Source: a virus
Reading direction: 5' to 3' (one strand)
DNA: 64,000 nt
Virus record (IMG/VR): IMGVR_UViG_3300036886_000363
Location: 19,437 to 83,436 of that record
This document shows, piece by piece, positions 54,739 to 64,000 of this stretch (positions are counted from its first letter, which is position 1; the number at the start of each line of letters is the position of its first letter). The position numbers and the translations under genes are program-made. The notes under the pieces were generated by a model, which saw only the letters and a program-made list of their open reading frames with translations, was not told the DNA's origin and did not search any database.

Positions 54739-56169
54739 ATGACAGTAAATCCAGCAACCCTTTCTTTAAATTCGATAGTAAATGTTGTTGTCAATGTAAC
54801 TCCTCAGGCCGCCCCCAGAAGTACTTTCAATCAGCTTCTAATTCTGGGCAACTCTGGGAGAATACCTCAGTCGATGAGAATCATGCAGGTCGATCAGAAT
54901 TTTGCGACTGAGATGATCGCACAAGGATTTCTTACAAGTGATCCTGAGTATATTGCTGCATCTCTATATTTTGGATCGGTTCCCGCACCGACATCCGGAT
55001 ATATAGGAATGATGGATCCGACAGCGATTCAATCTGTGATACCTCATCTTGGAGCTATTGGAAACAATTATGCTCTGGGAGATATTATCACAGTTGTCCA
55101 AACTGGAGGATCGGGAGCGCAGTTCACAGTCACAGGTATTACTTCAAGTCCGGCAGGGGCAGTCACCGGATTGACAAAAATCAATGGATCACAGGGAACC
55201 GGATATACTGCAGGGTCAAATCTTTCGACGACGACCACCGGATCCGGGTCAGGCCTCAAAGTAGACATTACGGCGCTTGGAGAATCTTGTCTCGACGCCC
55301 TTCAAGTTTTACGACAGATCAATATTCAATGGTATGTCGCGGTGGCGTTAACTGCCGTTGATGCCGATCACGAAGCCATTGCTCTTTGGGTTCAGTCCTG
55401 CCAACCTCCTTCAGTCTATGCGTATTCAACTTCTGAGGCAGCGGTCCTTTCGGGCTCCCTGATTGGATCTCCTCCGACAGAGAGTATAGGAGCTTATTTA
55501 AAGGCTTTGAGTTATGGAAGAGTCGTCGGGCAGTATTCGACTCTTCAGGCCGGACAAAATCCTTATGTCGCATATGCGATCTGTGCAATTCTCGGATATG
55601 CCATGGGGCAGAATACAGGCCTCATCAACTCTGCCTATAGTTTAAAATTTAAGGGCGAAGTTGGAATCGCAACAGAGCCGTTGACCCTCACGCAGATTGC
55701 CAACATTGAAGGCGCCAATGTCAACCTGTATCTCAGCTATGGAAATTTCTACAATTGGTTTGAGCAAGGTGTCATGGCAAACGGGACTTTCTTCGATCAG
55801 GTCATCAACCGGGATATGCTCGTTAATGATATCCAACTCAATCTGGCAACACTTCTTAATGGGACTCCGAAAATCCCGCAGACAGATCCCGGGCAGACTC
55901 AACTCATTCATGCAGTCAATCAGGCTGCTCAGAAAGCAGTTGATAGAGGATATCTTGCTCCCGGGGTGTTTAATCCATTGAATGGATTGCCCTTGCTGAG
56001 TCTAAATCCGGGAGAGGCGATGCCTCTCGGATATACGGCCATGTCAGCTCCGTATTCTACCCAGTTGTCTGCAGACAGAATCGCAAGAAAGGCAATGCCA
56101 ATCTATCTTGTGATCCATGAGGCAGGAGCAGTCCATAGTGTTACGGTGCAGGTAAATGTCCAAATCTAA
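54739..56169 (+). CDS. Tail sheath protein (DUF3383)
   Basis: IVNVVV, PEYIAASLYF, LKFKGEVG, G.FFD, KIPQTDPG, AGAVHSV. Confidence 0.9.
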   Translation: MTVNPATLSLNSIVNVVVNVTPQAAPRSTFNQLLILGNSGRIPQSMRIMQVDQNFATEMIAQGFLTSDPEYIAASLYFGSVPAPTSGYIGMMDPTAIQSVIPHLGAIGNNYALGDIITVVQTGGSGAQFTVTGITSSPAGAVTGLTKINGSQGTGYTAGSNLSTTTTGSGSGLKVDITALGESCLDALQVLRQINIQWYVAVALTAVDADHEAIALWVQSCQPPSVYAYSTSEAAVLSGSLIGSPPTESIGAYLKALSYGRVVGQYSTLQAGQNPYVAYAICAILGYAMGQNTGLINSAYSLKFKGEVGIATEPLTLTQIANIEGANVNLYLSYGNFYNWFEQGVMANGTFFDQVINRDMLVNDIQLNLATLLNGTPKIPQTDPGQTQLIHAVNQAAQKAVDRGYLAPGVFNPLNGLPLLSLNPGEAMPLGYTAMSAPYSTQLSADRIARKAMPIYLVIHEAGAVHSVTVQVNVQI

Positions 56170-56190
56170 TGGATAAAAAGACGGAGGAAA

Positions 56191-56640
56191 TTGAATATGT
56201 ATGTTTACTCTTTTAAAGATTTATCAGGGGCGTTTATCCATCCTTTGGTGCCTATCCCTCTTGTTTTTTCCGGATCCATCGGTGTCAAGAGCATCACGGT
56301 TAAGATGGCAGGAGAAAAAACACATCAGGATATTGCCGCGGATGGGGCTATCCAATCGTCATATATCCCGGGAGATAATGGATCGGTTTCCATTGTCTGT
56401 CAGCAGAATTCACAGACCCATCAGCAGCTTCTTATCTGGTATAATCTTGTTAAGGCTGCTGCCGATTTAGGGAATGTAAGTGCTTTTGCTCTCGGAGCAA
56501 TGACATTGAGAAGTATTTCCGCCCAGACTGGTCATGTAATAACAGGAATCAGTATCCCGAAGCTCGGAGATAAGCCTTATGGAGCGCAGGGTGCCGATGT
56601 GACATGGGATCTGCCCGCAGCAAGTATTCAGAGCATTTAG
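56191..56640 (+). CDS. Tail tube protein copy 1 (DUF3277-like)
   Basis: YSFKD, AADG, GSVSIVCQQNS. Confidence 0.8.
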   Translation: MNMYVYSFKDLSGAFIHPLVPIPLVFSGSIGVKSITVKMAGEKTHQDIAADGAIQSSYIPGDNGSVSIVCQQNSQTHQQLLIWYNLVKAAADLGNVSAFALGAMTLRSISAQTGHVITGISIPKLGDKPYGAQGADVTWDLPAASIQSI

Positions 56641-56677
56641 TAGCAGTTAGTTTAGATATTCTAAAGGAGAATATAAC

Positions 56678-57199
56678 TTGACGACTCTCAACGATGCAGT
56701 AATGGTGTCCGGTGCAGTTGGTGGGATTGTCTATGGATATTTCGCCGGGCCTCGAGTATATAGTTTCAAGGATCTGTCGGGAGCATTCACCCATCCTCTG
56801 CTTCTTCTTCCTCTGACCTTTACATCCTATTCAGGAATCGGTTTGAAAAAAATCACTGTCATGATGAAAACTGAAAGGACTAAACATATAGTAGGAGCAG
56901 ACGGAGTAGTTATCCCTATTTATGTTCCCGGGAATGATGGATCGATTGTTATTACTTGTCAACAAAATTCCGCTGCCCATAAGACATTGCTTAATTGGTA
57001 TAAGATGGTAAAGACAGCTATCGATGGTGGAGATGTCTCTAATTTTGCGACAGGGACAATGACGGTTAGGACTATGTCAACAGGAATAGGGCATATAATT
57101 GATGGTATTAGTATACCCAAACTCGGAGAAAAGGTGTATGCAATACAGGGAGGAGATGTTGAATGGCCTCTCCCCGCTGCGAACATAAGAAATATTTAA
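56678..57199 (+). CDS. Tail tube protein copy 2
   Basis: Colinear paralog of copy 1, with an N-terminal extension. Confidence 0.75.
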   Translation: MTTLNDAVMVSGAVGGIVYGYFAGPRVYSFKDLSGAFTHPLLLLPLTFTSYSGIGLKKITVMMKTERTKHIVGADGVVIPIYVPGNDGSIVITCQQNSAAHKTLLNWYKMVKTAIDGGDVSNFATGTMTVRTMSTGIGHIIDGISIPKLGEKVYAIQGGDVEWPLPAANIRNI

Positions 57200-57212
57200 A
57201 AGGAGAAAGCAG

Positions 57213-57656
57213 ATGATTCAAATGTTTAAAGATATTGAAATCAAAGGTCACAAATATCAAATTGGGCGTATGACTGCCCGCGATGGATCTTGGATCGCAA
57301 TGCAGATTCTAACGAAGATTCTTCCTCAAGTTATTGGCAGTCAAATAGAGAACATTGAAGGATTGGAGAATCTTCCAACTGGAAGGTCTGAGATGTCGGA
57401 ATCTGAATTCCGTAATTTGCAGGATCATTGTTTGGCTGTCTGTCGTCGGTATGAAACGGTCGGCACACAGGAGGCTCCGTTGCCTATTATAGCCAGGCCC
57501 GGTGTCTTTGCGATTGCAGAACTTGAATATGATCTAATAACTATTTTTACACTAACAGCACAAGCATTGATTTATAATATTGCCCCTTTTTTCGAAGAGG
57601 GCGGGTTGACATCGATTCTGGAGAACTTCCCGGGCCTGAACCCGCAAAAGCAATAA
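57213..57656 (+). CDS. Tail assembly chaperone
   Basis: Between the tube and tape measure genes; YQIGRMTA...NIAPFF. Confidence 0.75.
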   Translation: MIQMFKDIEIKGHKYQIGRMTARDGSWIAMQILTKILPQVIGSQIENIEGLENLPTGRSEMSESEFRNLQDHCLAVCRRYETVGTQEAPLPIIARPGVFAIAELEYDLITIFTLTAQALIYNIAPFFEEGGLTSILENFPGLNPQKQ

Positions 57657-57841
57657 ATATAGATTTTTTTGTATTTAGGCCCGTGATCGCTGGATTGTGG
57701 ACACAAAAAGAAACTTTTGACGGGACATATTCATTTGAAGACCTTCTTGATATTCACGAACTTCTCGATATTCAGATCGTGAATGATCGACGTCAGAGAG
57801 AGTGGGACGAAGCTCAAAACAGAAGTAGAGGGAATGATTAA
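57584..57841 (+). other. Programmed -1 frameshift extension of the tail chaperone
   Basis: Slippery C CCT TTT at 57584-57590; -1 frame is open to TAA 57841 (RPVIAGLW...DGTYSFEDLLDIHELLD). Confidence 0.75.
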
Positions 57842-59553
57842 TGGATGTTAATGTTGTAAAAGAATATCTTGTGTCTATCGGATTTTCTATTGACAAAGGT
57901 CAATATGATAAATTTAACGGCACAATAAATTCCATAACCGAAGTAGTTACTAAGCATACTGAGGGCATGACTAAACAGTTTGCTAAGGCAGGAGCTGCGA
58001 TCATCAGCGCTTATGCTTCTGTAGGGACAGCTGCCCTGACGCTTATGGATAAGATGGCTACCGCCGATCTTGGATATCAACTTTATGCGGTAAGAATGTT
58101 GACATCTGTTGATGCGGCGAAGAAATTGAAGATAGCGACTGATGCCCTTGGTCATTCCTTAGATGAGATTGCATGGAATCAAGAATTAAGAGAACATTTT
58201 AAAGAGCTGGTAGAAATACAAAAAACAATGCAAACCGGTCTCGGCACAAATTATGAATCCAATATGAAGGGAATCAGAGACATAATGTTTGAGGTAACCA
58301 AATTCAAAGTGGAGATGGGTTACCTTGGACAAGGGATTGCATCTTCTATTTTTAAGGCCTTTGGAGGAGAGGGAACTTTTCTTGACAAATTAAAGGAATG
58401 GAATACATGGATAATTGAACATCTTCCGCAGATAAGAAATAAGATTAATGAGTATCTAATCCCCATCCTCAAAGACTTCTGGGCGATACTAAAAAATATT
58501 GGAATAGTGGGGAAAGAGCTTTTTAATGTCTTTGCTGATTTCATCGGAGTATTATCTGGTGACGACAAGATAATGAAAGCCAAAACTTCGATGGATAAGT
58601 TTGGTCAAACAATGCTTGCCCTGAGCGGGTTTATAAAGAGATGCTCCGACTACCTTACGACTTTTGTTTCAATTCTTATACAAGTCGCAGGTTATCTTGT
58701 TGGATCGAGGATGGGCGCAGCCATAGGAGGATTCATTGGGGGAGTAATAGGAGGCCCAGCCGGCGCTGTTGTCGGTGCCGGAATAGGATCGCAGATATTT
58801 GGATTGTTAGGACTTGGAGTTGGAACCATAGAAGCAACAAAGTTTGAAAATAGGATTAAGGCGTCTGAGAAAGAAAGAATGTTGGAAGAGAGTAATGTAG
58901 GTTATTCTAAACGTTCTGCTGAAGGGGTTAAGTCTCGCATGACTTCAGATGAATGGGGCAGAAGGGAGAAAGAGAAATCCTTTGCTTCTATTGGAGAGAC
59001 TTTCGAAGAAAAGGCTGCTTTTTGGGAAAAGCATTTCGGTCTCCCTCCCGGTCTCGTTAGAGCCGTAGGAATGAGGGAATCGAGCGGAAAATTGAATATA
59101 GGACTTCACGATCCGAGCAAAAGTTCGGCATACGGCCCAGGAGGGATTACATATGCCACAGGGCAATTTCTTGGGATAGACAGAAAGAACCCTGATGAAA
59201 ATGTGATGGGAATGGCCAAATATCTTCGGTATTTGTTGGATCTTAAAGGTGGAGATTTACAAAGGGCAATCGCAGGGTATAAAGAAGGCCCTGGAGGAGA
59301 AATTACTGCTTCCACCAACCGTTATGTCAGAGATGTGAGCAGATATATGGGAGGGGCAACTCAAGTGGCCAAGCAAGGAGACACTTACCATATCATTGTA
59401 TATGCTCGTACCAATGATGGGGATGAGATTGGCAGAGGAATAAAGAGACAATTATCATCAATAAACAAGAATAAAGTAGGGCAGAATACGATCGAGCCCA
59501 AAGGCTCGTTTTCTGATAATTTAAAAGGGCCTATTTTAGCACCGGGGACATAG
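57841..59553 (+). CDS. Tape measure protein with lytic transglycosylase (SLT) domain
   Basis: KEYLVSIGF N-terminus; AVGMRESSG...ENVMGMAKYL...AGYKEGPG. Confidence 0.85.
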   Translation: MDVNVVKEYLVSIGFSIDKGQYDKFNGTINSITEVVTKHTEGMTKQFAKAGAAIISAYASVGTAALTLMDKMATADLGYQLYAVRMLTSVDAAKKLKIATDALGHSLDEIAWNQELREHFKELVEIQKTMQTGLGTNYESNMKGIRDIMFEVTKFKVEMGYLGQGIASSIFKAFGGEGTFLDKLKEWNTWIIEHLPQIRNKINEYLIPILKDFWAILKNIGIVGKELFNVFADFIGVLSGDDKIMKAKTSMDKFGQTMLALSGFIKRCSDYLTTFVSILIQVAGYLVGSRMGAAIGGFIGGVIGGPAGAVVGAGIGSQIFGLLGLGVGTIEATKFENRIKASEKERMLEESNVGYSKRSAEGVKSRMTSDEWGRREKEKSFASIGETFEEKAAFWEKHFGLPPGLVRAVGMRESSGKLNIGLHDPSKSSAYGPGGITYATGQFLGIDRKNPDENVMGMAKYLRYLLDLKGGDLQRAIAGYKEGPGGEITASTNRYVRDVSRYMGGATQVAKQGDTYHIIVYARTNDGDEIGRGIKRQLSSINKNKVGQNTIEPKGSFSDNLKGPILAPGT

Positions 59554-59557
59554 AATT

Positions 59558-60265
59558 ATGGCACAAGGAAAATACATACCGGGAAACTGGTGGAAACCAC
59601 AATTGTTTTTTATGACAGCACAGGTCAATGGTAGTCCCGTGTACTTTTTCTTTGACGCTGTTGTAAGGGCCGAGCACTCACAAGAAATGATTATTACTCG
59701 ACATCCCGTGCAGGATGCAACCAACATAGCAGATCATGCGTACAGGTCTCCTGCAAGACTTGTTTTAGAAATAGCCATGTCTGATGCTGTCGCTCAATAT
59801 ATGCCTCTATCAAGTTCACAAATGAGTGCACCTTATACAAGCGATATATCAAAATCAAAATCAGCGTATCGAACATTTTTAGATTTAGAAAAGCAAAGAG
59901 CGGCATTGCAAGTAACAACAAGGCTTAATACTTATAATAATATGATTATCCAATCGTTGAGACCGGTGGAAGAACAGGAAACTCTTTATGCATTGAATTG
60001 CACCATGATTCTTGAAGAGATTTTGGTGGCTCAGATAGGAACCACTACCAATATGTTGATCCCGCTAAACCCCACACAAAAGGGACTTCAACCTACAGAG
60101 GCTGTATCTTCTGCAATAGGAGCAAAGGCAATTCCATTAGCTGTCCCTCCAAGTCAGTATACACAATATGACAATTTGTGGGGAAATCAATTTGTCGATG
60201 AGAATTCTGTAGGCCCGTCGTCTACCAATCTTTATGGTGGAAGCGGTTATAATATGAGTAATTGA
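59558..60265 (+). CDS. Baseplate/tube-initiator (Dit-like) protein
   Basis: FDAVV..EH...ITRHPVQ...IADHAY; YNNMII. Confidence 0.75.
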   Translation: MAQGKYIPGNWWKPQLFFMTAQVNGSPVYFFFDAVVRAEHSQEMIITRHPVQDATNIADHAYRSPARLVLEIAMSDAVAQYMPLSSSQMSAPYTSDISKSKSAYRTFLDLEKQRAALQVTTRLNTYNNMIIQSLRPVEEQETLYALNCTMILEEILVAQIGTTTNMLIPLNPTQKGLQPTEAVSSAIGAKAIPLAVPPSQYTQYDNLWGNQFVDENSVGPSSTNLYGGSGYNMSN

Positions 60266-60266
60266 T

Positions 60267-60614
60267 ATGAGTATTCAAATAATACCATTAACAAGTGATT
60301 CAATACAGCAGTTTCAGGTTAATATCAGTGTAAACAATGTGATATTAAATCTGGCCTTGACTGTGGAGTGGAATAGAGTGGGCGGTTACTGGGTAATGTC
60401 AGTTACCAATGTTATTACCGGGATATTGCTTCTTGATTCCATACCCCTTATTTGTGGAAACTATCCTGCTGCTAACATTCTTGGTCCATACCTATATTTA
60501 AATATAGGGGCAGCTTATATAATCAATGCAAGTGGAGTTCCGTTGGATATCCCGGGAGAGAATGATCTGGGAACAGATTTTGTACTTTTTTGGACGGATA
60601 ATCAAGCAGTATGA
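60267..60614 (+). CDS. Baseplate-associated protein
   Basis: IIPLT...WN...W...IPL..G...LG; synteny. Confidence 0.7.
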   Translation: MSIQIIPLTSDSIQQFQVNISVNNVILNLALTVEWNRVGGYWVMSVTNVITGILLLDSIPLICGNYPAANILGPYLYLNIGAAYIINASGVPLDIPGENDLGTDFVLFWTDNQAV

Positions 60615-61636
60615 CTACTTATGATACAGTCAATGGACTTTTTGGAAGACGCTGGTCACTTGCTATAAACGCAAATGCAGCACAGAGAGTAGGACCTGTT
60701 GCTTCAGGATCCGGAGGAACAATCCCTCTTTTGGTAGCTGAGTGTTCTTCCTTTCAAGATCCTGAATCAATTCAGGTTTCATTTGATGTTATAAAGAAGT
60801 TGAATGCATTCTGGTGGTGCGATGTAACTCTTTATAATCTAAATGCGGCAACATTCAACACAGTATTTCAGAGTGGTACGGAAGTGATATTAAGTGCTGG
60901 ATATCAGGGCAAAGCTCCATATGGGGAGATATTTAGAGGAAGAGTATTTCAGACTATGTGGGACAGAAGAGAAGTTGTAGATTTCTGCATGACTTTAAGA
61001 TGTGTAGTCGGGAAATTTGAATCGGCTGATAACATAGTGATAGGCAATTTGACAGCTGAAATGACTTCTCAGAAGAACATTGTTGGAACGATGATGAATG
61101 CAAGTTTTTGTGCGAATCCTATTGGACAGGGCAGCATTCCTTCTACTTTGGCTGAGGATACTAATCCCAGAGGAAAAGTAATAATGCAACAGCCTCAAGA
61201 TATTGTTGAGGAAATCGCAGAGAGTCGTGGAGAACAGTGGTTTTTTAATCACTTGGGCTTTAATTTTGGAAACTCTCGATCATCTGTTCCGCCAAATCAA
61301 GCCATAGTTATTAGTTCTAAAACTGGATTGATAGGGGTTCCTCAGCAAATAGAAGAGAGTGGTATAACATTCAAGACACTTCTTGATCCCCGACTTGATA
61401 TAAAAATAGAACCTATGACACAGGTTTATATTGACAATAAACTTATCAGACAGGCGAAAAGGCAGTTGGGAATAAATCCTTCCATGCTTGATAATAGCGG
61501 GTATTATAATGTTTCGAGCGTTCGTCATTACGGAGATACCCGCGGGAATGATTGGCATACGGAAGTGATCGCGTGGTCGCCAGTATATGGAAGAGCTGGA
61601 CTTGAAGCAGGGTTGGCTCAGGAGATAAACCAATGA
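60611..61636 (+). CDS. Baseplate hub protein
   Basis: TLYNL, LSAGY, PRGKV, TGLIGVP, GDTRGNDW. Confidence 0.8.
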   Translation: MTTYDTVNGLFGRRWSLAINANAAQRVGPVASGSGGTIPLLVAECSSFQDPESIQVSFDVIKKLNAFWWCDVTLYNLNAATFNTVFQSGTEVILSAGYQGKAPYGEIFRGRVFQTMWDRREVVDFCMTLRCVVGKFESADNIVIGNLTAEMTSQKNIVGTMMNASFCANPIGQGSIPSTLAEDTNPRGKVIMQQPQDIVEEIAESRGEQWFFNHLGFNFGNSRSSVPPNQAIVISSKTGLIGVPQQIEESGITFKTLLDPRLDIKIEPMTQVYIDNKLIRQAKRQLGINPSMLDNSGYYNVSSVRHYGDTRGNDWHTEVIAWSPVYGRAGLEAGLAQEINQ

Positions 61637-62424
61637 CAGAACCAACATCTCCTTCGGTAACAAGTTTAGCCACAAGATTAGAAATTGATTGTGAGCAGTG
61701 GGGACTTGCTATTGACAAAGAGGTGCGAGGTCTACGAGTAGCCCTTCCCGGGATAATTGTTTCATTCAATCCAGTGGCGCAGACGGCTATTGTACAGTGC
61801 GCAATAAGGGAGACGCTTACTATTAATGGCATACCAACTCATGTAAATATACCGCAGTTGCTTGATGTCCCGGTTATCTTTCCCAGAGGGGGAGGATTTG
61901 TATTGACCTTTCCTGTCTCTGAAGGAGATGAATGTCTTGTAATTTTTTCCGATCTTTGTATAGATATGTGGTGGCAAAATGGAGGAATACAAAATAGAAG
62001 AGAGGCAAGAAGACATAATTTTTCAGATGCCTTTGCAATCTTAGGCCCTTTTAGTCAGCCGAATGTTTTAAGTAGCACAGTACGATGGATGATTGGAGGG
62101 AATTATACTGCGGGCAATATCGTCGAGTTTCAAGGCAAGAATTATTTATGTTTGAATGATGTAGATAATTCTACCGATAGTCCGGAAGAGGACACTGATA
62201 ATTTTAGTCTTGTTGAAGAGCCCTTTTCAAATACCAGTCTCCAGCTCCGAAAAATAGATGGATCAGTTATGCTGGAAATAACAGATAGTGAAATAAATCT
62301 GACAGGCAATGTAAATACAACAGGGAATAGCAGTTCAGATTCTGGCTGGTCGGGATCTTTCCAGACTTTAACGGGAAAGATAGTTACAGTTCAAAATGGG
62401 ATTATTGTGGATGTAGGAAATTAG
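61633..62424 (+). CDS. Baseplate spike (Gp138-like)
   Basis: VALPGII, DVPVIFP.GGGF..TFPV..GDECLVIF, RRHNFSDA. Confidence 0.85.
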   Translation: MTEPTSPSVTSLATRLEIDCEQWGLAIDKEVRGLRVALPGIIVSFNPVAQTAIVQCAIRETLTINGIPTHVNIPQLLDVPVIFPRGGGFVLTFPVSEGDECLVIFSDLCIDMWWQNGGIQNRREARRHNFSDAFAILGPFSQPNVLSSTVRWMIGGNYTAGNIVEFQGKNYLCLNDVDNSTDSPEEDTDNFSLVEEPFSNTSLQLRKIDGSVMLEITDSEINLTGNVNTTGNSSSDSGWSGSFQTLTGKIVTVQNGIIVDVGN

Positions 62425-62433
62425 GAGAATATT

Positions 62434-62793
62434 ATGACTATGCCATCCGAAGCGGGATCTGTTAATTCACCGGAAATCAAAGCATGGCTCAAACAGATTG
62501 AAGAGATAACAAATTGTGATGAGCTGCAAAAGCTTTATGACCAGCTGAAAAAGTATGTTGAGGATCAACTTGCGGCGGTGAATGATGAAGTGGGAGTGAT
62601 AGAATCCCTTCTTGTGAATCCCACGAATTTGGATAGTGCTATAAATTGGATAAAAACATTTATTAATTTAATGTCTGGAGGATACACGACAATGATTGCT
62701 CAGTTGGTTGCGTATGCTCAGACATTGGAAACAATTATCCAGAAGATAACAGAAAAAAGTTCTTCTCTGGGATGCAACAATTTTAAACTTTAA
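62434..62793 (+). CDS. Hypothetical baseplate-region protein
   Basis: Helical ORF with RBS. Confidence 0.55.
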   Translation: MTMPSEAGSVNSPEIKAWLKQIEEITNCDELQKLYDQLKKYVEDQLAAVNDEVGVIESLLVNPTNLDSAINWIKTFINLMSGGYTTMIAQLVAYAQTLETIIQKITEKSSSLGCNNFKL

Positions 62794-62808
62794 ATATAGG
62801 TCAGAGAT

Positions 62809-63231
62809 ATGCCAACAGTAGTTTACAGAAGATTGTCATCCGAGTATGAACCGGTGTACGGGCAAGGGCAAAACGATTTTGTGGCGGATATTTATGCAGT
62901 TGCTCAGGCTATCCAGACAAGACTTAATTTATGGTTGGGGGAATGGTGGGCAGACTTGAATGATGGTCTTCCCATGCTTCAAGGAATTCTTGGAGTCATG
63001 GGAGCAGGGCAGGGCAATTATGCAGAACTCTTAATTCAAGAAAGAATTTTGGGAACTCCATATGTTGGTAGTCTTTCTAATGTTTCATCAACATATAATC
63101 CGGCAACGAGGGCGCTTACTTTTTCTTGTCAAACCAATGTTGTATTTGGAGGGATTATACAAATAGTAGGAACATACAATCCTACTCAAAGCAATAGTCA
63201 AGCATGGACAGCAATACCTGTAGGGGGATAA
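62809..63231 (+). CDS. Baseplate wedge / sheath initiator-like protein
   Basis: AVAQAIQTRL.LW.GEWW.D...G.P; RILGT. Confidence 0.75.
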   Translation: MPTVVYRRLSSEYEPVYGQGQNDFVADIYAVAQAIQTRLNLWLGEWWADLNDGLPMLQGILGVMGAGQGNYAELLIQERILGTPYVGSLSNVSSTYNPATRALTFSCQTNVVFGGIIQIVGTYNPTQSNSQAWTAIPVGG

Positions 63232-63234
63232 ATT

Positions 63235-64000
63235 ATGTATGCACCGCCTTCAATTTCAGCAAGTGGGCTTACCATCCCGAGTTATAATGATATACTGAAC
63301 AACCTTATCTCTAATTTTCAGACCATTTATGGACAAAATGTCTATCTTGCTAATGATTCATCTGACTATCAGTTTCTATCCGTGCTTGCTCTGAAAATAA
63401 GTGATGCAGTACAAGGATTGCAATTAGAGTATAATAGTAGAAGTCCTTGGACGGCAATAGGATCGCCCCTTGATTCCATAATTAAGTTGAATGGATTAAC
63501 GAGAAAATCCGCATCATACTCTACCTGTGTTGTCATTTTGACAGGGACTCCCGGGACAACAATTACAAATGGAATTGTCGGAGATATCAACGGCAATAAG
63601 TGGGATCTGGGATCGACTCCGATTCCGATAGGATCAGACGGGACAGCGACAGCGACAGCTATTTGCGAAACTATTGGAGCGATAACCGCATTGGCCGGGA
63701 ATATTATCAATATCATGACTCCTCAATCGGGATGGACTTCTGTTACAAATATTGCGGCAGCGAGTGTAGGGCAACCTGTAGAAACAGATTCCCAGTTAAG
63801 GGCACGGCAAGCTCTAAGCACAATGATATCTTCGGAAACAATGCTTGCCGGGACGATCGCCGCCATTGCAGCCACCCCTGGAGTAACGAGATATAATGTT
63901 GTAGAAAATTATACCAATGCATACGATGGATATGGCAATCCTCCTCATTCCATTTCAGCTGTTGTTGAAGGAGGCACTCAACTTGCGTTGGCCACAGCGA
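63235..64000 (+). CDS. Baseplate J-like protein (partial)
   Basis: Manual translation MYAPPSISASGLTIPSY...IYG..VYL..DS.D.Q...LNGLTRK...ETDSQLRARQ; runs off the window end. Confidence 0.85.
   Translation, partial: MYAPPSISASGLTIPSYNDILNNLISNFQTIYGQNVYLANDSSDYQFLSVLALKISDAVQGLQLEYNSRSPWTAIGSPLDSIIKLNGLTRKSASYSTCVVILTGTPGTTITNGIVGDINGNKWDLGSTPIPIGSDGTATATAICETIGAITALAGNIINIMTPQSGWTSVTNIAAASVGQPVETDSQLRARQALSTMISSETMLAGTIAAIAATPGVTRYNVVENYTNAYDGYGNPPHSISAVVEGGTQLALATA

Noticed and set aside
1-64000. Genome-wide stop-codon reassignment, diversity-generating retroelement or integrase
   Set aside because: Core genes are full length in the standard code and end in TAA, TGA or TAG. No reverse transcriptase, TR/VR pair or integrase was recognised in this window.

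Overview
This window is about 64 kb of a tailed dsDNA phage genome: a myovirus-type phage with a DUF2213 protease, DUF2184 capsid and DUF3383 sheath. Spanins indicate a diderm host. Two arms diverge at about 24.9 kb. The left arm (minus strand) carries DnaE, a beta-clamp, DnaB, primase, an SF2 helicase, an initiator with internal iterons, a 7-deazaguanine pathway (PRTase-FolE fusion, QueC, QueD, intein-split QueE, TGT/DpdA-like protein) and an early region with an AAA-ATPase module. The right arm (plus strand) carries terminases, lysis, head, tail and baseplate genes. Most notable: (1) five paralogous ~55-aa 'MKxYxA...RLxSY' mini-genes, three of them frameshifted, surround a DpdA-like gene that appears to lack exactly that N-terminal unit; (2) two type II hammerhead ribozymes bracket the early AAA module; (3) the portal is fused to an apparently intact topoisomerase IB and followed by an acidic partner gene and an orphan Topo C-terminus; (4) several head-region proteins share an 'MLLxDFL...TRD/A' leader, Asp-type processing sites and an HPRxxxGQF motif; (5) two tandem structured non-coding elements end in a paired stem plus UCCA. 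All family assignments come from motif recognition by eye; no database searches were run.
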